This document shows positions 1 to 8,305 of a DNA stretch of 64,000 bases, piece by piece. A program made the translations under genes and the position numbers. Position 1 is the first letter of the stretch. Each line of letters starts with the position of its first letter. The stretch lies in IMG/VR virus record IMGVR_UViG_3300045977_000087, one strand, 5' to 3'. The notes below the pieces were generated by a model. It did not search any database, had not been told where the DNA came from, and saw only the letters and a program-made list of their open reading frames with translations. This stretch comes from a virus. Taxonomy: Duplodnaviria > Heunggongvirae > Uroviricota > Caudoviricetes.

Positions 1-300
1 TCTGATATAAGCTCTTCCTTTAGGGGCATCCCAATCAGATTGTTCCTGAGGAAGGGAATAACCCTGCATAGCCTTCTGCCAAAAGTAGCTGTTAGTTACT
101 GAGGCACTGTCATTATCTTCAATACATTTATAGACATAACCATCATACCACACAAGTTGTCCTTTGGTATAGTTGTTACCATGGACATATTGGTGGGCCT
201 CAGACCACTCAGGAGCAGCAGGTGCAACTGATAAAAGGCATTGCACTTGTTTCTGCAATGCCTGAATAGTTGCATTTAATTGGTTAAAATCTTCAAACAT
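1..300 (-). CDS. Hypothetical protein, 3'-partial (runs off the window start); not in the supplied ORF track
   Basis: Reverse-complement translation from ATG at 300..298 reads MFEDFNQLNATIQALQKQ...GQLVWYDGYVYKCIEDND... with no stop codon down to position 1. Co-oriented with the virion module. Confidence 0.45.
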   Translation of the reverse strand, partial: MFEDFNQLNATIQALQKQVQCLLSVAPAAPEWSEAHQYVHGNNYTKGQLVWYDGYVYKCIEDNDSASVTNSYFWQKAMQGYSLPQEQSDWDAPKGRAYIR

Positions 301-333
301 AGCCAGACCCTTTAAAGGTTAATAACTATCTGA

Positions 334-882
334 TTATAGTGGTACTTCTATGTAGAACAAATAAAGAACCATATCACCATATCCAGTGTTGAAATTAGCT
401 GCAGCTTTTAGCACATAAGAGTCTGGGTACAAGGCTTGGTTAACTGGGTAGTTAGTGTAACTTGTTGCCCACATGCCTTGTGAAAAACCACTTACTTCAT
501 CCTCAAAAGCATCAGTATTTACCATACCTACAATTGGTCCAATAGTAGAACCATACTTCATATGTACAGCTACATTCTCAAAGTTATTGTAGAATTCTCC
601 AAACTCTCTAATCATATAGTAGCCTACAGGAATCTTAACTGTCTTGGTTCCTGCTGGGTTAGTAAGTAGGACAATAGGTGTTGTAGCTAAGGTATATAGT
701 GCATCATAACCAATCCTGGTCTTTTGAACCTTAAAAGGAATAGCAGCAACTATCTGGTCAGCATAATCTACTACAGCCTTCATGTTATTCCCTACATCAG
801 CAGGGGAGATACTCTTAGCCTCAGTCTTAGAGGTAATGTTAGCATCTATTTGTTGTTTTAATCCATCACTTGAAGTTGCCAT
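334..882 (-). CDS. Hypothetical virion-module protein
   Basis: 182-aa ORF co-directional with the structural genes. Its start lies 3 nt from the stop of the upstream ORF (885). Confidence 0.5.
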   Translation of the reverse strand: MATSSDGLKQQIDANITSKTEAKSISPADVGNNMKAVVDYADQIVAAIPFKVQKTRIGYDALYTLATTPIVLLTNPAGTKTVKIPVGYYMIREFGEFYNNFENVAVHMKYGSTIGPIVGMVNTDAFEDEVSGFSQGMWATSYTNYPVNQALYPDSYVLKAAANFNTGYGDMVLYLFYIEVPL

Positions 883-884
883 AA

Positions 885-1607
885 TTATTGGAATATATCG
901 TTAAACACATCATTGAATATGGAGAACCTGTAATCTGAAGTAGGAGTATCCTCTGTAGGAGGAGCAATTACTGAGCCCATTCCAGGTACTATACCATTTC
1001 TTCTAAGACATGGCAGAGTGTGGTCCCATTTATAGAAAGCCTTGATATCCTCTTTATCTTGGTCTGATGTGGCATTATCCATATCAGTATAGAAGAAGGC
1101 AAGGTAGTAATTAATCAGGTATTGATTATGCAGCTTTTCATAGTCAGCACTACCATGGACACACTCACCTTTTAGACCTGCATTCATAAGTGCCTGCATT
1201 TCTCTTGGCATAGTATGGTAAACAGCCTCAAACATATCCCTGTATATATGATACATGGAATGTTCATAGGAGATGGCCTTAGTCATGGCAGCTATAGTAT
1301 CCTCACAACTTGAATCACCACATCCACTACAGTCACAGAATACAGTTCTAATCTCCTCTATGAAAGACCTAAGTGTATTGTAGAACACAGCAAATTCAGG
1401 TATAGTGAAGAACTCACCTGCTGCCTCAAGCTTTATATAGTAATGTCCATCCTCTTTGAAATCAATAGTGGCAGTGGACTTAGCAGGTAAGGTATTGTTA
1501 TGTATCACCATGTCATCACTGTTGTACACAGTATATATCATAGGAACTTCATTCCCATTATTGAGGATATACCTGTCAACTTTCTTGGTTAATGTGTACT
1601 GTATCAT
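885..1607 (-). CDS. Hypothetical virion-module protein with Cys cluster (CDCSGCGDSSCED)
   Basis: 240-aa ORF, tightly packed with its neighbours. Contains a Cys-rich, possibly metal-binding, patch. Confidence 0.5.
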   Translation of the reverse strand: MIQYTLTKKVDRYILNNGNEVPMIYTVYNSDDMVIHNNTLPAKSTATIDFKEDGHYYIKLEAAGEFFTIPEFAVFYNTLRSFIEEIRTVFCDCSGCGDSSCEDTIAAMTKAISYEHSMYHIYRDMFEAVYHTMPREMQALMNAGLKGECVHGSADYEKLHNQYLINYYLAFFYTDMDNATSDQDKEDIKAFYKWDHTLPCLRRNGIVPGMGSVIAPPTEDTPTSDYRFSIFNDVFNDIFQ

Positions 1608-1686
1608 AGGGATAGTTTTGTCAAATTTACAAAAAATAAGGACACCCCTTTATTAAGAGTGTCCTTATGTGTCAAGCAAGTCATGG

Positions 1687-2931
1687 TTATTCTACTATAC
1701 CATCAGTAGCATAGTTGGTAGGGTCAACCTCTGGTGTAGCAGGGTTGTTAGAAACAGTACCAACATAAGTAGCCTGAGCTGGCATTCCATTTACAGCAGT
1801 AAGAGCATCAAGCATCAATGCTAAGGAAGCTCTTGTCACAGTATCAGTTGCAGGGACTGCAATGATAGTTGCCAAAGTGGTAGTGTAATCCTGCCATCCT
1901 GATTCAGAATTGTCCTCATACTGAAGAATGGATTGGTCATAGTTGACACCATCCTGAGTCAAGTATTCAATTCTGTTCATGGCAGTACCAGTCACATCAG
2001 AGAGAACATAAGGACCTGCTCCTGCCCAAGCTGAAGCATGGTATTCTTTCTGTTTAATGTTGGCTGAACTACCCTGAGCATACATAGGATACTGAGAGAT
2101 TACATTAGTAGTACCACAAGAGAACCCATCTACTAAAGACACCACAAGCACAGTTTCAAGTAACTTGTTGTACCCTAAGTTAGTACCACAGAAAGCAGCA
2201 CCAATTTTAAGTGGTACACTAGTCAACTTAATGCTTGTGTACACTTTAGTAGCAGCATTAGCTGGGTTAGCATTGTAGGTAAGCAATGCATTAACATCAG
2301 CATCTGTCATTACTGCTCCCAGAGCATAGTCAACAGAAGTACCATGAGTAAGAGCTGTAAGTGCCTGAGCTGCAACCTGTTCTGCTTTAACAAGTTGGTT
2401 AGGGTCTTTATTGATGGCATCTACCATAGCCATGGTAAGTTTGTTGGCATCAATGGCAACCACAGAACCTGGGGCAGTGCCTGCTGCACAAGGCATAGTT
2501 ACAGTATAAGCTGCACTGAACTGATTGTACCCTTGGATTTTGTAGATTCTTGAGTTACGGAACTCAATTCTGATTGTATAGTCAGTGTTTGAGTAAGCCT
2601 CATATCCTGCTACAGTTACAATCATAGGTCTTCCTGGTCCATGAGGTTCAAAGGTGTAAGCACCTATAGCTCTTACAGGCAGTCTCTGACCTGCAGAGAG
2701 CCTTGCATCTTCAAAAGTTGCACCTCCTCCTGCACCTGTTCTATTAACCCCTACTGCTATGTAAATGTTTGGTGGCATTGGTGTAGTAGTAGCATCAATA
2801 GTTAGGTGAGTGGTAGCATCAAAGAACCCAATCTGCCCTACAGCAAGGGTATCTATGGCTGCATCTTTGGCCTTTATGGCCACATTGCCTTTGGTAACTA
2901 AGACAGCAAAGACATCATTATTCCTGTTCAT
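1687..2931 (-). CDS. Ala/Thr/Gly-rich virion structural protein (major tail/sheath or capsid-associated candidate)
   Basis: 414-aa ORF in the late module. The composition is typical of abundant structural proteins. No specific family was recognised. Confidence 0.4.
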   Translation of the reverse strand: MNRNNDVFAVLVTKGNVAIKAKDAAIDTLAVGQIGFFDATTHLTIDATTTPMPPNIYIAVGVNRTGAGGGATFEDARLSAGQRLPVRAIGAYTFEPHGPGRPMIVTVAGYEAYSNTDYTIRIEFRNSRIYKIQGYNQFSAAYTVTMPCAAGTAPGSVVAIDANKLTMAMVDAINKDPNQLVKAEQVAAQALTALTHGTSVDYALGAVMTDADVNALLTYNANPANAATKVYTSIKLTSVPLKIGAAFCGTNLGYNKLLETVLVVSLVDGFSCGTTNVISQYPMYAQGSSANIKQKEYHASAWAGAGPYVLSDVTGTAMNRIEYLTQDGVNYDQSILQYEDNSESGWQDYTTTLATIIAVPATDTVTRASLALMLDALTAVNGMPAQATYVGTVSNNPATPEVDPTNYATDGIVE

Positions 2932-2975
2932 TTTTCTTTAGTTTAAAAAGTTATACAAATATACTGATTATAGGC

Positions 2976-3683
2976 TTATAATATTTGGTCAAAACCAATT
3001 TTTCCAATCTTAGCCTGCAGGTCAGAAACCTGGATACTGTTGGCAGCTAACATCACTGCAATGTCCACTATCTCTCTATGCACATGAGCAGGCAATTCTG
3101 AGTCCACTTTACCTGTCAGGGTTACCCCTGAAGGGAGCTTGTATCCTGAGGCACTGAAATCCTCTGCATTATGTATGTACTTTGGCTTCTTGATGTATCC
3201 AACTTTAGCCTGTACTACAGTTGTTTCAGGTTCAGGAAGAACCTCAATTCCTTTTGAGTTAAACAGTGCTGTAACTTCTCTCCAATCATAGGAGGTTTTA
3301 TACAGGTTATTATCCTCAACTAAATCCTCATGTTTCACAATCAAGAGGTTACCTTCTACAGGAGTAGGGCAATTTGTCTTCTTAATCATTACCCTACCTT
3401 TTGCATAGTGCATATACTCAGTAGGGATAGGTATGATTCCATTAGTCACATTTACCCATGTTCCTTCATCCACAATAGTATAAATATCCTCAAATCCCCA
3501 ATGGAAATTGTTCTCAAATCCAAGGTGTGATTTCTTTCTAGGGAAAGCTATGACACCAATGAATAGAGCAGTGGCTTCATTTAGGAACCAGTCTATCTCA
3601 GGTACTAAGAGATTTCTTCTCTGTTGAGAATCTATCTTATTGAACTTCATCTTGAAGTCATAGTGCATTTCCTTAATATTCAT
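2976..3683 (-). CDS. Hypothetical virion-module protein
   Basis: 235-aa ORF, co-oriented. Confidence 0.45.
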   Translation of the reverse strand: MNIKEMHYDFKMKFNKIDSQQRRNLLVPEIDWFLNEATALFIGVIAFPRKKSHLGFENNFHWGFEDIYTIVDEGTWVNVTNGIIPIPTEYMHYAKGRVMIKKTNCPTPVEGNLLIVKHEDLVEDNNLYKTSYDWREVTALFNSKGIEVLPEPETTVVQAKVGYIKKPKYIHNAEDFSASGYKLPSGVTLTGKVDSELPAHVHREIVDIAVMLAANSIQVSDLQAKIGKIGFDQIL

Positions 3684-3716
3684 GATACTTATCCTTTACG
3701 CTTCTTAGCCATCTTT

Positions 3717-4226
3717 TTAAATGTCCAAATAGGCTAACATTCTTTTTACAGTTTCCTTATTATCTTGTATCTGCCCTAATAACAGATTACACTTTGAACA
3801 AAGGAGCCCTCTTACTACTCCTGTTGTGTGACAGTGGTCAACAGCTAACTCTCTGTCAAGTTCTTTTTCATCTATATGACAGATAGCACATTTACCATTC
3901 TGCTTTTCTTTCATAAGATTGTATTCCTCCATTGAGATACCATACACTCTAAGTAACCTACTACTTTTTTGTTTTAACCTATCATAGTTACCTCTGGACC
4001 TTCTTGAATAACATTCTTTACAATACCATCCATTTTTAGGTCTGTCTTCCTCAGCTTCTTTCCAGGTTTCACAGTCTCTACAAAAGAACTTTCCTTCTTG
4101 AATATTCCTAATTGTCTCTGCTTCAGTCTCCTGTAACTCTTCAATAGTAATACCTTTCCTCTTGGCCCTCCTGTTTATTTCATAAGGGTTGGTACTCTTT
4201 TCAGCTTGCATCTTTACACCACTCAT
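3717..4226 (-). CDS. HNH endonuclease with N-terminal Zn-ribbon
   Basis: Motif ...CAICHIDEKELDRELAVDHCHTTGVVRGLLCSKCNLLLG matches the HNH signature (DHxH ... N). The N-terminus has paired Cys motifs (CRDCETW / CKECY). Confidence 0.75.
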   Translation of the reverse strand: MSGVKMQAEKSTNPYEINRRAKRKGITIEELQETEAETIRNIQEGKFFCRDCETWKEAEEDRPKNGWYCKECYSRRSRGNYDRLKQKSSRLLRVYGISMEEYNLMKEKQNGKCAICHIDEKELDRELAVDHCHTTGVVRGLLCSKCNLLLGQIQDNKETVKRMLAYLDI

Positions 4227-4408
4227 TTTCCTTTTCTTTTTTTGGCAAGCTTTTTAAATGTAAGGGCCAATGCTTTAGCCTTGCCAGTGCAACCTGGCTT
4301 AGTGATGGGTGTGCATTTTCCCTTGGTTCCTCTTTTTTCAATTGACTTTGTAGCTTTCTGAATCCAATTCTTATCCTTAGCCATGACATTGGATTTATGG
4401 TTATACAA
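4223..4408 (-). CDS. Small basic protein (possible DNA-binding)
   Basis: 61-aa Lys-rich ORF. Its stop overlaps the HNH start (4223/4226). Confidence 0.3.
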   Translation of the reverse strand: MYNHKSNVMAKDKNWIQKATKSIEKRGTKGKCTPITKPGCTGKAKALALTFKKLAKKRKGK

Positions 4409-4417
4409 CTATACTGA

Positions 4418-5215
4418 TTAAGTATTGAGCTTAGACATCAAGAGTAACTTGATATCTTGGTTCTCTTCTTTACTAATATACTCAACCACATCTACAACAT
4501 CTAAGCCTAAAGGTGCATCCATGTGATAAATCCTGTTACCTTCTCTTCTAAGGATGTTGGCCTGAAGTGCTTCAAGCACAAGGGCATGATTAGCAAGTTG
4601 GGCAGCATCAAGTTTTGTATATCTGAGGAACTCAGCTGGGTCTTTCTTGATGACCTTATTAAGCTCAACAGTCACAAAGTTTGGACTTTGATTTTTCACA
4701 TTTTTATCCCCAAGGATTAAGATGATTTGCTGTTTCTTGGTAGGGCTTAATTTATGTGCCTCAAGAATGGCATTCTCCTCAATCTCAATCTTAGAGGCAA
4801 GAACTTCAGCCTGTTCTGCTTCATCAAAAAGAACATGTGTAGCTTCAGGGTACAGACCTTCTTCAAGTTCTGACATAGAGTTGGCTACATACTTGCTGGC
4901 TTTCATTACCTTAAGCTTGATGAAATCCAAAGGATTATCTGTTTCAAAGAACATTGTGTGGTTCTCCAACTTGATGGCAGCTAAGTTGCTGTCCCAAAAT
5001 GGATGTGGGCTATCAGGGTCAAAGCTTGAGGATAGGTCATAGTTGACACCCTTTTTCTTCAACTCCTTTATATCATCTTGTGTTAGTCCTGTTGCATACT
5101 GCATCTTTTCAGTATCAACAAGTGCTCTCACTTTCTTAGCTCTGGCAAAGGATTCTTTCCCCATTTTACCATGCCACTTAATGACCTCTATAGGTCTTAC
5201 TTCTACTCTTGCCAT
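4418..5215 (-). CDS. Hypothetical head-module protein
   Basis: 265-aa ORF downstream of the putative capsid gene. Confidence 0.45.
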   Translation of the reverse strand: MARVEVRPIEVIKWHGKMGKESFARAKKVRALVDTEKMQYATGLTQDDIKELKKKGVNYDLSSSFDPDSPHPFWDSNLAAIKLENHTMFFETDNPLDFIKLKVMKASKYVANSMSELEEGLYPEATHVLFDEAEQAEVLASKIEIEENAILEAHKLSPTKKQQIILILGDKNVKNQSPNFVTVELNKVIKKDPAEFLRYTKLDAAQLANHALVLEALQANILRREGNRIYHMDAPLGLDVVDVVEYISKEENQDIKLLLMSKLNT

Positions 5216-5231
5216 GTTCTTAAGTTTTTAA

Positions 5232-5468
5232 TTATCTTCTTTTCCTGTTTTGGGTCTTAGCAGTATCTGCAACCTGACCCTCTGCTTCCTTTATTACTGG
5301 CTCCTTTTTAACCTGAGCAAATCCTTTTACATGTTCTCTTGCTTCTTCAATAGTGGCAAACTCCTTACCACCAAGGATAACTACATGATTTGGGTCCTCA
5401 TCAGAGAACTCAACATAAGCATAGAACTCCTTGTCCTTGTGCTTAACTATGTTTCTAAACAGTGCCAT
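5232..5468 (-). CDS. Small hypothetical protein
   Basis: 78-aa ORF between the capsid candidate and the next gene. Confidence 0.35.
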   Translation of the reverse strand: MALFRNIVKHKDKEFYAYVEFSDEDPNHVVILGGKEFATIEEAREHVKGFAQVKKEPVIKEAEGQVADTAKTQNRKRR

Positions 5469-5540
5469 AATATCAAAGTTTAAGGTTAGTAATTTAATCC
5501 CTCCTTGGGTAGGAGGGATTAGTTACTATAAAGATAGGGA

Positions 5541-6995
5541 TTAATTTCTTGCTAAAATTAATTCTCCACATCTTGTTACATCATGGATGTGAACACCTAA
5601 GCTTCTTCCAACATGCATTTCATAGTAGTCACCAGAGTGTGCTGACATACCACCATTAGTAGGTCCATAAGGGCCTTGTGTACCACAAACATAAGTGAAG
5701 CTGAAGCTGTCTTTTTTGTTCATGATTTTGATGTTGGAGCTTCTACCTTCCCCAACAAAGTCAAGGAAAGTGATTCTTTGTGATTCAAGAGGGAACCCTG
5801 TTACCTCATCAATTTCAGAGTTGATTTCTCTATCATCATAAAGAGGGTTGTGGATTAGCTCAAGGCTGGCACCATTAGCCATGTTGTATCTCACAAATTG
5901 GTAACCTGCTTCAAGTGCATTTTTATGCAAGTCAGATTGTACCTTGTTAGTGAAGATTTCAACATTTTTAACAAAGCCAGATTTTTGTTGCCAATCTTGG
6001 ATGGCTCTGTGGAACTGTAGCATACCATACTCACCTGTAAAACCTTTCACATTGCTTCTTCCTTTACCAGGTTTTACTCTGCTGTAGAAGATATCCTGTA
6101 AATATTCCTCAATAAGTTTGGCAGTTAAGTGGGTGTAGTATTCCACATTAGAATCCTCAAGTTGTTCCTGAATACCAGGACCCATTCTTACAGGTCTTCC
6201 ATTTGCACCAAGTACAGTGTCTGCACTTCTTGAATACCAAATACCTCTTTCAATCTCTCTGTACCATTGTTTCCAGTATTCCACCTCTGCATACTTCATC
6301 CACATATTGTGGTATTTACCATTGCTATCTGGGATGGCAACAGCAAGTACTTCAGTAGCTGCATAGTCTGTGATTCTGTACTCTTTTCTGTACTTGGACA
6401 TTCTGTTTCTGAAGGCAATAGGTGCAGAGAACTGAGTAGAACCACTTTGTTCTGCTGCCTCTTCATATTGAGAGTAGAGTTTACCCCATTGTTGCCCAGG
6501 TTTTAGGTACTTGATAGGCAAGAATGCCTGAGGGTCATCAGAGTTATATCTGACAGTGTACACAACACCATCACCTTGTTTAACTCCTTGGTTTTGAATT
6601 CTCACTTGATAACGTGGATTCCCTGGGGTTAAAACATCCCCTGGCAAATACCAGTTTTCATCAAGCTTAATTCTAAATGTTCTTCTGAATTTACCAGGTG
6701 TAGTATTTGAAGTTGGCTCCACATTCTCCACAACAATAAGTGGTCTAGTGTTTGCACCTTTCAATTCCCACTCCCATTCAGTACCAGCAATGGTTTCCTC
6801 TGTAAGAGGCTTACCCATCAATAGGGATGAAATGGCATTGTCAGAGTAATAGTTCTCAGATGAGAACAACCTGTCCATTTCTCCTATGAGTCTGTGTGGC
6901 TTCGCAATGAGGGCTCTCCCAAGATGGGATTGCTCAGTCATATTTGCTAACCACTCCATCTCCTTTACTAGAAGTCTGCTTTGAATAGTAGCCAT
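5541..6995 (-). CDS. Putative major capsid protein
   Basis: 484-aa ORF immediately downstream of the acidic scaffold-like gene. The order TerL-portal-scaffold-capsid is typical. No motif-level confirmation. Confidence 0.4.
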   Translation of the reverse strand: MATIQSRLLVKEMEWLANMTEQSHLGRALIAKPHRLIGEMDRLFSSENYYSDNAISSLLMGKPLTEETIAGTEWEWELKGANTRPLIVVENVEPTSNTTPGKFRRTFRIKLDENWYLPGDVLTPGNPRYQVRIQNQGVKQGDGVVYTVRYNSDDPQAFLPIKYLKPGQQWGKLYSQYEEAAEQSGSTQFSAPIAFRNRMSKYRKEYRITDYAATEVLAVAIPDSNGKYHNMWMKYAEVEYWKQWYREIERGIWYSRSADTVLGANGRPVRMGPGIQEQLEDSNVEYYTHLTAKLIEEYLQDIFYSRVKPGKGRSNVKGFTGEYGMLQFHRAIQDWQQKSGFVKNVEIFTNKVQSDLHKNALEAGYQFVRYNMANGASLELIHNPLYDDREINSEIDEVTGFPLESQRITFLDFVGEGRSSNIKIMNKKDSFSFTYVCGTQGPYGPTNGGMSAHSGDYYEMHVGRSLGVHIHDVTRCGELILARN

Positions 6996-7050
6996 TTTGA
7001 ATTAGGTTTAAGTTATTAATAATCTATTTATAGACAAGGGGCATTGGGAT

Positions 7051-8223
7051 TTATAGGTAATCCCAAACTGCCTTTCTTGAATTCTTTGGTTTCTCCTCTT
7101 TTTTAGGCTCTGCAGGAGCAGTAGTATTTGTCAGTTTCTCTCTAACATTTCTGTTAGCCTCTGTGGCCTTAGCCCTTGCTATAGGACTGAAGTCAAAATC
7201 AGATTGGAGAATCTTGGCAAGAACAACTATCTTACTCTGGTCTGCCATTACCTCAAAGAGCTTAGCCTGCATTTCACTTACATGTCTTCCATCTTTCAGT
7301 TCCACATTAGGTTCTGAGATATACTCAGGAAGTGTCATCTTATCCTTCTTAGAAACTGGGAATCCCCCTGCTTCATTAAGAGTATCAATATAGGCTGTAA
7401 TCTTAGTCTTATATTCCCTGATTGCAGTCTTTCTTGCAAGAGCTGCATCAGATTGTGCTTTAGCCATAGCTGAACTTGTTTCCTCTTGACCTGCTACAAT
7501 CTTATTGTAGGCTTTTGTTCCTATTAGTGCCAGCTTACCTGAGTCTTTTAAGAACTCAATTTGAGTACTGATGTAATCAGCATCATATCCTTGGTCTTGA
7601 AGGTCCTGTGTAACAGCAGCAATCTGAACTGATTCCTGGTCTATGTCACTGTCCTTACTAATAGCTGAGAAAGAACTTTGAGCCATCTTTTCATAGAACA
7701 ATTGAGGATTTCCTCCTTTACCTACAAACTTAATAAGGTTCTTAACTGAGTCAGGCAACTCCTTGATTGTGGTAGCTATACCATCTTCAAGGCTTTGTTC
7801 CCAGCTGTCCTCTATCAGGTCTTCTGCTTCCTGTTCTGAAAGCTCTTTACCATCTTCAATTTCAACCTCAATAAGACCTTTATTCTTTAAGAAGTTCAGA
7901 GTGGATAGTGAGGTAGGAGGAAGAACTTTGGTTTTGTTCTTATCCTTATCCTTGTCTTTATCCTGAGGGTCATCTTCATCCTCATCCTCATCTTCATCTT
8001 CTTCATCACTTGACTGGACTCCAAAGCCCTTGTCAAATTGTTCATCAATAACTTTCTGTTCTTTTTCATCATCAGAAAGTTTGACTACATCTCCATCTTC
8101 TTCAAGGTCCTCTGCCTCTATGGTTTTTACATCACTTATTAAATGTGTTTCTCCGAAGAAGTCATGTTGCGCAGCTGGGTCTTCCCATACTTTTGCTTCA
8201 CTGATTTTTGTTTGATTGCCCAT
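7051..8223 (-). CDS. Putative scaffolding protein (highly acidic, coiled-coil)
   Basis: 390 aa with a DEEDEDEDEDEDD run and a DKDKDKDKNK repeat; predicted helical. Lies between the portal and capsid candidates. Confidence 0.5.
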   Translation of the reverse strand: MGNQTKISEAKVWEDPAAQHDFFGETHLISDVKTIEAEDLEEDGDVVKLSDDEKEQKVIDEQFDKGFGVQSSDEEDEDEDEDEDDPQDKDKDKDKNKTKVLPPTSLSTLNFLKNKGLIEVEIEDGKELSEQEAEDLIEDSWEQSLEDGIATTIKELPDSVKNLIKFVGKGGNPQLFYEKMAQSSFSAISKDSDIDQESVQIAAVTQDLQDQGYDADYISTQIEFLKDSGKLALIGTKAYNKIVAGQEETSSAMAKAQSDAALARKTAIREYKTKITAYIDTLNEAGGFPVSKKDKMTLPEYISEPNVELKDGRHVSEMQAKLFEVMADQSKIVVLAKILQSDFDFSPIARAKATEANRNVREKLTNTTAPAEPKKEEKPKNSRKAVWDYL

Positions 8224-8305
8224 AATTAGTACAAATTTAAATTTTAAATCTTTAATAAACTAAAGGTTCATTCTTTAACCCTTATTTTGTGAGTAATAGC
8301 CTTAT

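Noticed and set aside
1456-1656. Short plus-strand ORFs antisense to minus-strand structural genes (for example 1456-1656, 2344-2553, 3330-3530, 4523-5231, 6267-6506, 7163-8215)
   Set aside because: Each is fully embedded in and antisense to a longer, better-supported ORF. They have low-complexity or hydrophobic composition and no independent signals.
7051-8223. DEDEDEDEDEDD / DKDKDKDK repeats as a possible mobile or repeat element
   Set aside because: These are in-frame low-complexity coding repeats within the acidic scaffold-like protein, not a DNA-level repeat element.
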